Translations under genes and position numbers: made by a program
Shown here: piece by piece, positions 49,255 through 58,410 of the stretch
Layout: the number at the start of each line of letters is the position of its first letter
Numbering within the stretch: the stretch's first letter is position 1
Virus record (IMG/VR): IMGVR_UViG_3300022680_000058
Span: 64,001-128,000 of that record
Source of the DNA: a virus
Length of the DNA: 64,000 nucleotides
Reading direction: 5' to 3' (one strand)
Notes under the pieces: model-generated
What the model saw: the letters and a program-made list of their open reading frames with translations, nothing else
The model's database searches: none
Told to the model about the DNA's origin: nothing

Positions 49255-49283
49255 ATCATGATGCTGTGAACAGCGACTGTCAA
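49255..49283 (-). promoter_or_regulatory. Promoter of the ncRNA array
   Basis: TTGACA-N17-CATGAT; the -35 box overlaps the upstream stop codon. Confidence 0.7.
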
Positions 49284-50200
49284 GAATCTTTTTTCACCTC
49301 GCCAGTACTTTCTTCCTCGTATCTCTCCAAAGCCCTCTTCGCCTCACCTATGGCGAGCTCACAAGCATTCAATGGAACCAAAAGCTTCTTGACCGCTTGG
49401 CCCTCCACACTCTTGATCCACTCCCTGACCTGGTCGACAGTGACAGGCGCCTCCCCATGCCTGAGGATAGAACTCGCCTCAGCCCCCATGGAAACCCACT
49501 TACCCGAAGCCATGGCGAGGACTTCAAGAGGCTGTTCGAGTTCACGACGCCTCTTCTTGAGCACCTTCCTCTCATCCTCCATCCTCAAGCGAGCTCTCTC
49601 TAAATCCTGCCGCTCCCTCTTCACGAGCCTCTCGACCATCACGTCGATCTGTTCAGGCCGAAGCCAGAGACCCTCGAAGAAGTAGTGCCGATGCTTCACC
49701 TGATCCAACTGGACCGCCAGAGCTCGAATCGTAGAGAGTGCCAACTCCTCAGGGAGCGGCTCGATCTTGCGATGCTTCGCAACCTTCACCTCTCGAATCT
49801 TCGAGCCGTTCTTCGTCGCGACCATGAGCCCCCAACCCTCTGGGACCTCATCAGGCTTCACGAGCCCACTGGGAACCGCGAAGTAGCACTTGTGGAAGTT
49901 TTCCTCGACCCACTTCCGCTTGAGAGGGTTCTCCATCTCCTTCCGGAAGTCCGCCCGAGACCTTTTGACTTCGTAGGCAACCCGAGTAAACCCCTTGCTG
50001 GGCCAGCAGTTGAAAGCCGCGACATCGATCCGCCCTTCGCGACCGTCACCGTATCCCACCCCGGCACGAAGCTCTGTCACCACGACCCACTCTGTTCGGT
50101 TCGTGTGACGAGCCCTCAGGAGTTCCTCAATGTTGATTTGTGACTTCTCTCTCTTAGGCTCGAAACCGAACCTAGAAAGAACCTTTGGGGAGTCCACCAC
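49280..50200 (-). CDS. MmcB-like PD-(D/E)XK nuclease-fold protein with a coiled coil
   Basis: EL..RIDV..YEVKRSRADF..E..K..YFAVP..EVPEGWGL. Confidence 0.75.
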   Translation of the reverse strand: MVDSPKVLSRFGFEPKREKSQINIEELLRARHTNRTEWVVVTELRAGVGYGDGREGRIDVAAFNCWPSKGFTRVAYEVKRSRADFRKEMENPLKRKWVEENFHKCYFAVPSGLVKPDEVPEGWGLMVATKNGSKIREVKVAKHRKIEPLPEELALSTIRALAVQLDQVKHRHYFFEGLWLRPEQIDVMVERLVKRERQDLERARLRMEDERKVLKKRRRELEQPLEVLAMASGKWVSMGAEASSILRHGEAPVTVDQVREWIKSVEGQAVKKLLVPLNACELAIGEAKRALERYEEESTGEVKKDS

Positions 50201-50590
50201 TACTCCATGGAGGAGGATTCGGGCGGCTCTGGTTCATCACCACTGACGGCGCTCTTGATCTGCTCTTTGGTGTAAACGAGCGGCGCCTCCTTCTCGACTC
50301 GCCTGACGGTCATCCTGAGGAGCTTCATCCTGTCGCCGATTTCCTTGTCGAGGCTGGCCCTCTTCAACTCCAGCTCTTCGATCTCTTCAGCGAGCGCAGC
50401 CGACGAGGAAAACACCCCAGCGGACCACGCCGTCTCAGGCAAATCTGCGACCCATTCGATCTTCTCCACGAGCTCTTTTGCTGTGACCTTTTTCGGCATA
50501 CTGCTTCTCCTTTGGCTACTACTACAGCAGAGCCACACTATACCACAAAGATGCTCTGTGCCATAATATCGAAAAGGTTGGAGGCACAGG

Positions 50591-50908
50591 ATGGGAGCAG
50601 GAGCAGTGAGAAGCTTGAGAGTAGTCGAAGATCCCCACGAGGATTTGCAGGAACTCCTGGAGGCCATGGTCACCAGGCTCGTCGATAGACCTGATGACAT
50701 CGTCATCAAAACCATGAAAGCAGCGGACGGATCATCAATCACGTTCGAGGTATTCTGCGACGAAGACGACGTTGGCGCCGTTCTCGGGTCAAGGGGACGT
50801 CACGCCGAGGCGATGAGAACACTCCTCACCGCCGCCGCCGCAGCGATGAGGACACGCGTCTACGTCCAGTTCCTGTCGAGGGACCACGATGGCATGCCGC
50901 CCAGATAG
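50591..50908 (+). CDS. khpA: KhpA (YlqC/UPF0109) KH-domain RNA-binding protein
   Basis: LVDRPDDI..EDDVGAVLGSRGRHAEAMRTLL (GxxG loop). Confidence 0.85.
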   Translation: MGAGAVRSLRVVEDPHEDLQELLEAMVTRLVDRPDDIVIKTMKAADGSSITFEVFCDEDDVGAVLGSRGRHAEAMRTLLTAAAAAMRTRVYVQFLSRDHDGMPPR

Positions 50909-50987
50909 TTTCACACCGAACCCGGTATTCTCATTCGGATTCCCTGGTATCCTCGGGGTCCTTCCATCAACTCAGGAGGTAAAGGCT

Positions 50988-51629
50988 GTGTTCCCAGCAC
51001 TCAGCTCAACAGTCATACCCCACGCCCAGGAAATCAAATTCCGACGTGGCGACAGCTTCGACATCGATATCCAAATCCAGGATGACAGAGACCCTCCAAG
51101 CGAAGTCGACGCCTCGAACTCTGTCCTTCGGTTCGGCGCCAAACCAGGATATGGACAATACAACGTTTCCACCCCAAGCCTGGTCTATGGGAATGATGGG
51201 CTTCAAATCTACAAACGATCATACGATGAACTGGAAATCGAACAGGTAAACCCATCAAATGGTCAATTCAAGATTCACATCAAGAAGTCAGACACTGTAG
51301 AGCACCCTGCGATTCCAATGGTATGGGACCTTGAGCTCACGATACCAACTTCACAACTCTCTGCACCTGGAACAGTCATCGTACAAAACGGAGACCCGAT
51401 CATCCAAGGCATTGGAACCAACTTTGGTGACGATGGCCTCACCGCTGGCGACATCATTGTCATCGAAGGCAGAAGGATCATGATCGACACAGTTCACAGT
51501 GAAACGTCCATCGAGACAGACTTCACCGGATGGTCTGGAGGGACTGGCCTATCATACGAGCTCTATGTCAGCCAATCTCGTGTAATTGCCAGTGGTCATT
51601 GGACATGTCTCGCTGACGTCGTCATCTAG
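50988..51629 (+). CDS. Virion structural protein (BppU-like N-terminal domain)
   Basis: RRGDSFDI..D..FGAK..NGQFKI..WDLEL and a tail-type GTVIV..I.G.GTNF segment; AGGAGG RBS before GTG. Confidence 0.55.
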   Translation: MFPALSSTVIPHAQEIKFRRGDSFDIDIQIQDDRDPPSEVDASNSVLRFGAKPGYGQYNVSTPSLVYGNDGLQIYKRSYDELEIEQVNPSNGQFKIHIKKSDTVEHPAIPMVWDLELTIPTSQLSAPGTVIVQNGDPIIQGIGTNFGDDGLTAGDIIVIEGRRIMIDTVHSETSIETDFTGWSGGTGLSYELYVSQSRVIASGHWTCLADVVI

Positions 51630-52010
51630 CCCCTCCTTGACAACTCGTATTAGTATATACATACTCTCCACCAGTATGGCTATAAGAGTTCAAAAAGGCG
51701 TTGAGGTGCCCAAGCGGTGCCGTGGGTGCGGAAAACCAATCCAAGAGGACGACCGCCGCACCGTCAGAATAACAGTCGGGCAGCTCCACTCCCTCGAAAA
51801 GAAAAAAGAACGATTCGAGGAGGAGCCATCGGACATGTGGGGCTATATGCATGAAATCTGCTTCGGGCTCGCCATCCGCGACCCTGACGCCATTCGCAAA
51901 CAAGCGTCGAAATTCAAATCTGCCGACGCCACCGCATCCCCACTCGAATAGTCCTATCTCCACCCCACAACCCCTGGCTCTCTTTTTTACAAATTTCTAC
52001 GCCCTGATTA

Positions 52011-52038
52011 TTGACAAACTGAAATCAGGCTATAATAT
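52011..52038 (+). promoter_or_regulatory. Sigma70-like promoter with a conserved spacer
   Basis: TTGACAAACTGAAATCAGGCTATAATAT. Confidence 0.65.
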
Positions 52039-52352
52039 TAGTGGTGAAAGAGAGGAGTTCTCATGAAAGTTTTCGCCACCATCATCACCGGCACCACCTG
52101 GGCAATCTACAATCTCCACACCGGAGAACTCCTCGAAAAAAGCGGGGACCGCCGGAAAGAAGTCACTTACAAGGTCGACTTCGACTTCGATTGGCCATGG
52201 TCGGCTGATCGCAAGTACCAAGACTCGATCCACCAAGTCAGCAACGAAGAGCGGGCCAAGCGCTTTCAGGAGCGTTGGCCAAACGAATTCGAGGACCCGA
52301 ACGCCTACACCCCACCGGCTCCCTCGGCCCTCGGTTTCTAAAGGAGGACACC

Positions 52353-52895
52353 ATGGCCACTAACACCAGCAATGGAAGATTCGTCAACATCCCAGCAGAA
52401 GACATCAAACGGTGTCTCAACGACATCTGTGAAAAGGTCTCCGAAGCTGGCGGTGTGTGCTCCGAAGGCACCTCTGGGAAAGAGGTCACCTTCGACATTC
52501 AACCCCCCGGCGTGAAAACCTTCGTGAGAGTCTTCACCTCCCTCGGGAGAGGGAGCTCTTCAGTCCGTGGTTGCGGTGAGGACGCCGTGAGACTCATCGT
52601 CGGGTTCATGGGCAAGGACAGACGAGACAGAGACAGGTTCTTCACTGTCAGAAAAAAGACGGTCTACAGGACCGCCCCACAGAACGATGACGAATCAGTC
52701 CGCGTCGAAGCATTCCTCGAACGCTTCAAAGAGGCGATCAGGGGTGGGTACAAAATCGCCAAACTACACCCCCATTGTCCTGATTGCGGCGCCCCCATGG
52801 CGATCAGAGAAAACAGGGCAACGAAGCACGAATTCCTGGGCTGCTCTAAGTACCCACAATGCAAGAAAACCATCCCACTCCCCAAAGAGTCATGA
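52353..52895 (+). CDS. Protein with a C-terminal topoisomerase-type C4 Zn ribbon
   Basis: CPDCGAPMAIR...FLGCSKYPQC. Confidence 0.75.
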   Translation: MATNTSNGRFVNIPAEDIKRCLNDICEKVSEAGGVCSEGTSGKEVTFDIQPPGVKTFVRVFTSLGRGSSSVRGCGEDAVRLIVGFMGKDRRDRDRFFTVRKKTVYRTAPQNDDESVRVEAFLERFKEAIRGGYKIAKLHPHCPDCGAPMAIRENRATKHEFLGCSKYPQCKKTIPLPKES

Positions 52896-53341
52896 GCTAC
52901 TACGAACGCACAATCCGCGAAATCAATCGACGGCAATGGATCGACCTCGCTTTCGAACTCATCGAAGAGATGATGGACGAAGGCGAGGACCCTGATTGCA
53001 GGCTCCTGAAAGCCGCAGAGAACGTCCATGGATTCATGGAAGGTATGAAACCAGTCAAAGCTCTCAGAACCGCTGGGAAGCTCGCCCTGGACTATCAAGG
53101 ATGCCTCCCTCCATCAACAGACTGGCTCAGTTCAAAAGAAATGAGGGCACACTATAGACGTAATGACGCCGCCCAAGTCATCAGGTACGCTACAGCCAAG
53201 ATTCCGCCCTCGAAGAAACTTTTACAAAAAACTCTCCACTCCCGTTGACAAACGCAAACCAGTGCATATGATGTAAGTGAACTGGCAATGACATCCAGCG
53301 GTGATCCTCTCGGAATTCCGAGAGAAGAAAGGTTTTTTGAT

Positions 53342-55396
53342 ATGGCACTCGGAAAAGCAATCGCAACCATGGCGACCGCAGTCGCAATCTCCACCCAGGA
53401 CGCTGAAAAAAAGCTCCTCGGTGGCCTCAACCCCGAACAGAAAGAGATCGTTCTCCACGACAAAGGTCCGATCCTCGCCGCCGCCGTCGCTGGGTCGGGT
53501 AAGACCCACACCTTGGTCAACCGGGTCGGCTACCTCACCGCAGTCCGTGGCGTAAATCCTCGCCGCGTTCTCGCCGTCACCTTCTCGCGAAAGGGTGCCG
53601 AAGAAATGAACGAGCGGCTCGTCTCGCTCATCGGAGACACCGGAGCCAGAGTCGGCACCTTCCACTCCCTCGCTCTCCAGATTCTCCGAGAAGAAGGACG
53701 CATCAAAGACTGGACGATCGATGATCGGGATCGCTACCGCTACTGTGTCAAGGATGCTGTCAGTTGGCAGGGTATGAAGTGGACCAGAGCTGACCTCACA
53801 CTTCTTGTCCAATACATCTCGCTTTGCAAGTGCGCTCTCGCCCGTCCCATGACCGCCGAAGCCGAAGCTATCGCCCAAGATATCCGGGCGAAAAACCCGC
53901 GCCCCTCGACCGTCGTCGAAAAGATGATGGAAGCCTACGATCGAGCAGAAGAAGTCCGAAAAGAGCGTATGATTATCACCTTCGATGACATGCTCTTCGA
54001 CGCCTGTGAACTCCTCTCCAATGACGAAGGTCTCAGGGTCCGCTGGGCTTCAAAATGGGATTACGTCCTTCAGGATGAGGCCCAAGACCAAAACCTCGGG
54101 CAGCTCCTCCTTGGAGAGCTCCTCGCCAAGGACCATCGGAACTACATGCTCGTTGGCGACCCCGCACAGACCATCTACACTTGGCGCGGCGCCCGCCCGG
54201 AAAAACTCCTCGGGTTCGAGGAAAAGTGGGACGCAAAGAAGGTCATCATGTCGCGGAACTACCGCTGTGGCCAAGAAATCATCGGAGTCGCCAACAAGGT
54301 GCTCGAATCGATGGACCCAGCGACTCGCCTCGACACTCAAATGATTTGTGAACTCGGAACCACTGCTCAAGTCACCTGCCGACAGTTCGAGGATCTCGAC
54401 GAAGAGGCAGAAAGCATCGGTGTCCAGATCAAAGAGGCACTCGAATCCGGTGTGAAGGCCCGAGACATCGGAATCCTCTACCGGACCAACGCCCAGAGTC
54501 GAGGTCCAGAAGAGGCACTCATTGGTCTCGGAATCCCATACAGGATCATCGGCGGGGTGAACTTCTACGAGCGGAAAGAAGTCAAGGATCTCCTCGCATA
54601 CCTCAGGCTCGCCGAAGGCCGTGGGTCGCTTGACGACGTCGCCCGGTGCATCAATGCCCCGTTCCGCTACCTCGGGAAAGCCTTCGTCGGCAGGGTCCGA
54701 GAAGCCACCAAAAAGGCCCGCGTCGCCGCTCGCAAGAACAACGGGCGGATCAGCTACCCAGCACTCATCAAGAAAGTCGCCCAGCAAGAAGGAATCCAAG
54801 CCCGCCAGCGATACTCAGTCCAAGACTGGGCTGACATGATCGAACTCTGTCACTCGAAGATCCAGGCAGGAGAAAAGCCCGCCAGAATCCTCGAACAGAT
54901 CATCCTCGATACCCAATATATCGGCTGGCTCACCCGCGACCAAGGCGAGGAGAGCACGGAGAACTCGCGGGTCTCGAACGTCCGTGAGATGGTTCGAGCC
55001 GCCGAACGATTCCCGACAACCAAAGGACTCCTCGACTACATCGACAAGACTCTCAAGGCCAGCAAAGACCAAAAGAGCAAAAACAAGAACCCGAACAAAG
55101 TTACTTTGACGACGATCCACCGCTCGAAGGGTGGAGAGTTCCCCGTTGTGTTCTCCATCGGCGTCAACGAGGGGATTCTTCCCCACGCCCGAGCTGAGGA
55201 ACCCGAAGAAGAGCGACGCCTCTTCTATGTCGCCGTCACCAGGGCAATGAATGAGCTCCACATCTCCTGTGTGAGACAAGCTGCCATCGGTAACAGAGTC
55301 CTCGCTCTCTCCCCCTCACCATTCATCAAGGATGCCGGTCTCGTCATCGAGAGCGACCCCCAAGACATCGCCTTCGGTGACCCCAGAGACGTCTAG
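53342..55396 (+). CDS. uvrD: UvrD/PcrA SF1 helicase
   Basis: LNPEQ, AGSGKT, TFHS, DEAQD, VGDPAQ, NYR, TIHRSKGGEF and EERRLFYVAVTRA. Confidence 0.95.
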   Translation: MALGKAIATMATAVAISTQDAEKKLLGGLNPEQKEIVLHDKGPILAAAVAGSGKTHTLVNRVGYLTAVRGVNPRRVLAVTFSRKGAEEMNERLVSLIGDTGARVGTFHSLALQILREEGRIKDWTIDDRDRYRYCVKDAVSWQGMKWTRADLTLLVQYISLCKCALARPMTAEAEAIAQDIRAKNPRPSTVVEKMMEAYDRAEEVRKERMIITFDDMLFDACELLSNDEGLRVRWASKWDYVLQDEAQDQNLGQLLLGELLAKDHRNYMLVGDPAQTIYTWRGARPEKLLGFEEKWDAKKVIMSRNYRCGQEIIGVANKVLESMDPATRLDTQMICELGTTAQVTCRQFEDLDEEAESIGVQIKEALESGVKARDIGILYRTNAQSRGPEEALIGLGIPYRIIGGVNFYERKEVKDLLAYLRLAEGRGSLDDVARCINAPFRYLGKAFVGRVREATKKARVAARKNNGRISYPALIKKVAQQEGIQARQRYSVQDWADMIELCHSKIQAGEKPARILEQIILDTQYIGWLTRDQGEESTENSRVSNVREMVRAAERFPTTKGLLDYIDKTLKASKDQKSKNKNPNKVTLTTIHRSKGGEFPVVFSIGVNEGILPHARAEEPEEERRLFYVAVTRAMNELHISCVRQAAIGNRVLALSPSPFIKDAGLVIESDPQDIAFGDPRDV

Positions 55397-55507
55397 TCTG
55401 TGAGTCCGCCCCTCCCGGCGGTTGCGACATAGGGGGGGCGGGGAGCTCCGGTTCCTCGCCCCCAAACTTTCCCATGTGGTATGGTTGAAACAGAGAAGAG
55501 GGACACC

Positions 55508-56149
55508 ATGGATATCCAAGAAGTCAACGCAATCTTGAACCAGGCGATCGAAGGTCTTCAGTTCGCCGAGATCGAAGCCCTGGCAGAGTTCACCATTCCA
55601 TCGCCCGCAGAAATGCACAGACGCTCCGGAATGCCCCTTCCCAAGCCCGAGGTCCCGACACCGGCAGAGATGCACAAGCGCTCTGGAATGCCCCTCCCTG
55701 GCAGCGTCAGAGTGACCAAAGGGAGTCAGCATCCAAAGACAGCTTACCAGTCCGTAGCGTCATCCAAGAAAACGAAGCCGACCCACTTCTACAATCCACA
55801 AGGCAACCTCATGGACCCCGACAAGGGGAGTCGAGCCAACGTCAAGAAAGCTGAAGAGCTCGCCCAGGTCATCCAAGCCGCCACAGATGAGGTCTACAAA
55901 GATTTCGGCATCGAGGGATACTCTCGAAGCAAGAGCGGTGGACTCGTCACCGTGAATCCCAAGAAGAAGTTCATCGCAATCGATATCGGGAGCTCAGGAA
56001 AGCTCCTCGTTGGTCCGAACAACTTCGTATGGGGCATCAAGGGCTACGGAGTCCGCCACCCTCAGAAGTTCTATGGAACTGTCGACGAAATGATCCGGAA
56101 TGGATTCTCGATCACCATCGGCGGGACGCCCTACATCATCAAGGCCTAA
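55508..56149 (+). CDS. Leader-family protein (distant copy on the opposite strand)
   Basis: MDIQEVNAILNQAIEGLQFAEIEALAE, then two P(S/T)PAEMHxRSGMPLP repeats. Confidence 0.65.
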   Translation: MDIQEVNAILNQAIEGLQFAEIEALAEFTIPSPAEMHRRSGMPLPKPEVPTPAEMHKRSGMPLPGSVRVTKGSQHPKTAYQSVASSKKTKPTHFYNPQGNLMDPDKGSRANVKKAEELAQVIQAATDEVYKDFGIEGYSRSKSGGLVTVNPKKKFIAIDIGSSGKLLVGPNNFVWGIKGYGVRHPQKFYGTVDEMIRNGFSITIGGTPYIIKA

Positions 56150-56365
56150 ACAGGCTCATCACCACAATCACCACCGCCAGAACTACCGTCACCAAGAGCC
56201 GCCTCAGCATCTTCTTTCGCCACCGCCTCGCTGCCCTCTGCTCAGAAGTTCTTCGACGCCTGAGGCCCTTCCGACGCCTCACAAAGCTATTCATCCTGTA
56301 GCGCCTGTTGACCGAACCGGTCCGCCGCCGCTTTTTGTCCCGTGGTCTGATATTCCAATATCCCA

Positions 56366-56881
56366 TCAAAAAGGCCATGTAGTTGGATCGAAAAACTCGA
56401 CAGTGAGCTCAGCACTTCTGGCCCTTTTGATACAATCCCAAGTACCACCCTTCTCTACCTCATCCCAGACGGACAAAAGAACCCCTCCAGGGGTCTCCGA
56501 CGCCCAGTCAACCATGTCCTGGTTCCTCTGGGTCATGCACCACGGCCCAGGCCACGGAGCATCACAAGTATACCTCTCCTCCCGAGCATGAGACAAAAGA
56601 CGCCTGTGAAGGTCTCTGGACTCTGCTGGCCACCTCTTGTCCTGGTCATGACACGGAAGAAAAGCAATGAAGGGGACATGGTTGTGATAGCACCTCGCCG
56701 CGAAAAACTGATCCACGCCAAGCGCCATCCCGGTTCCAGCAATCAAGTCGCCCTGTTTCTGGTAGTGCTTCAGGCGCTCCTCCATCCAATCTCGAATCGC
56801 AATGTTCCGTTCGTCGTCCCAGTCATATCCTCCCGGTAACCGGGTCGGCCTGTGACCTGTCACAATGACTCTTAAATCCAT
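56366..56881 (-). CDS. SLOG/YspA-like (DUF1273) protein
   Basis: VTGHRP, GMALGVDQ, QRNQDMVD and GGTWDC. Confidence 0.85.
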   Translation of the reverse strand: MDLRVIVTGHRPTRLPGGYDWDDERNIAIRDWMEERLKHYQKQGDLIAGTGMALGVDQFFAARCYHNHVPFIAFLPCHDQDKRWPAESRDLHRRLLSHAREERYTCDAPWPGPWCMTQRNQDMVDWASETPGGVLLSVWDEVEKGGTWDCIKRARSAELTVEFFDPTTWPF

Positions 56882-57081
56882 GAAATCTATAGTAACCACA
56901 TAGCATCCACTTGCCATATGAAAAACCAATCCTATACTATTATTCAAATCTAGTGGTTCGAGGTATTGGCCCCCTGGCGCCATCCAGGCGGGCCATCTTT
57001 GTGAACAAAGTCTCTTTTACTCTTGACAGGCTATTGACAAACCTAAATCAGTCCACACCTTGCTTGTGGAGGTCAAGAGAT

Positions 57082-58410
57082 ATGAGAACTCTTCCGATCA
57101 TCATCGCCATGCTCGCCCTTCTGGCGGCATGTGACGCAGGCCCAGAACGAAGAACCGATGACACAGATCCACCATTGGATGGTGACGTCGAACAGCCAGA
57201 TGGAGACGCCGACGGTGACGCCGAACCAACCGACGGTGACGGAGATGTCGACGGTGACATCGACGGTGACAGTGACGTCGATGGAGATGTCGACGGTGAC
57301 GCCGATGGTGACACAGACGACTGCTCCGAAAGCATCGAACTCTGTGATGGCATCGACAACGACTGTGACGGACTCATCGACGAAGATGAAGCATCCGACG
57401 AATGCACTGCCGGAAACATGTGTATCGACGGAGCATGTGAAACCTCACAGATTACCCACATCACAACCGGCGGGTCACACAACTGCGCCCTGAGACACAA
57501 CGGCAGAATCGCTTGCTGGGGTGGTCCTGGTCGAGCTCTCGGGTATGGCTCCGAAGAACCATCAACACAACCGGTGACAGTCGCCGAGATTTCAAACGCT
57601 GTCGAAATCTCAGCCGGTGGAATCGACGGTGGCGGTCACTCCTGCGCCATCCTTGACACCGACGAAATCTGGTGCTGGGGTGACAACGACCAAGGCCAAC
57701 TCGGGACATCTTCGAGCTCCAGAACGAGCACGCCAACGCTCGCAACAAGGACCAGAGCAGAGAGCATCTCCTCGGGGTACAAGCACAACTGTGCAATCTC
57801 AGACGGAATCCCGCTCTGCTGGGGACAGGGATTCTCCATGAGCCCGATCCCGCTCCCGACGATCTATGCAATCAGCCTCGAATCGTTCGGAAGCCTGAGC
57901 TGTGTCAACCAAGGGTCGTCAGATACAGATTGCTTCGATGGCGTCGGGTCCCCAGATTACTCCTACGACATCACAGGTATCGACATCGCCGTCGGATCGA
58001 ACCACGTCTGTGTGGCCACAGGAGCCCCCTCTTACGGCGTCGAGTGTGCTGGTGACAACACCTATGGCCAGACTTCCACGGGTGGCTACAGCCTCCCCAG
58101 GGTCGCCGAGGTCACCGCTGGGGACAACCACTCATGTTTCCTCTCGACGAACGGGCACGTCTACTGCTGGGGAAGGAACCACAGAGGTCAGCTTGGGATC
58201 GGAAACACCACGGACACCTCTGTTCCAACCCAAGTCTATGTCGGGTTTGACCCGCTGTCAGGGGTCATTCAGATTGACGCTGGGAACAATCACACCTGCG
58301 CCCTGACGAACATGGGCGAGGTTCTGTGCTGGGGGGACAACAGCAACGGTCAGCTCGGAAACCTTCACTCTGGTGACTATGAGACCCTTCCGTCTCCCGT
58401 CGACCTCTAA
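57082..58410 (+). CDS. Lipoprotein with a DGD-rich linker, a MopE-like Cys/Asp motif and an RCC1/BLIP-II beta-propeller
   Basis: Lipobox LAAC; ELCDGIDNDCDGLIDE; repeated G..H.C....G...CWG.N..GQLG. Confidence 0.88.
   Translation: MRTLPIIIAMLALLAACDAGPERRTDDTDPPLDGDVEQPDGDADGDAEPTDGDGDVDGDIDGDSDVDGDVDGDADGDTDDCSESIELCDGIDNDCDGLIDEDEASDECTAGNMCIDGACETSQITHITTGGSHNCALRHNGRIACWGGPGRALGYGSEEPSTQPVTVAEISNAVEISAGGIDGGGHSCAILDTDEIWCWGDNDQGQLGTSSSSRTSTPTLATRTRAESISSGYKHNCAISDGIPLCWGQGFSMSPIPLPTIYAISLESFGSLSCVNQGSSDTDCFDGVGSPDYSYDITGIDIAVGSNHVCVATGAPSYGVECAGDNTYGQTSTGGYSLPRVAEVTAGDNHSCFLSTNGHVYCWGRNHRGQLGIGNTTDTSVPTQVYVGFDPLSGVIQIDAGNNHTCALTNMGEVLCWGDNSNGQLGNLHSGDYETLPSPVDL

Noticed and set aside
57175-57320. 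GACGGTGAC-type repeats as a CRISPR or iteron array
   Set aside because: They are in frame and encode the Asp/Gly linker of the lipoprotein.
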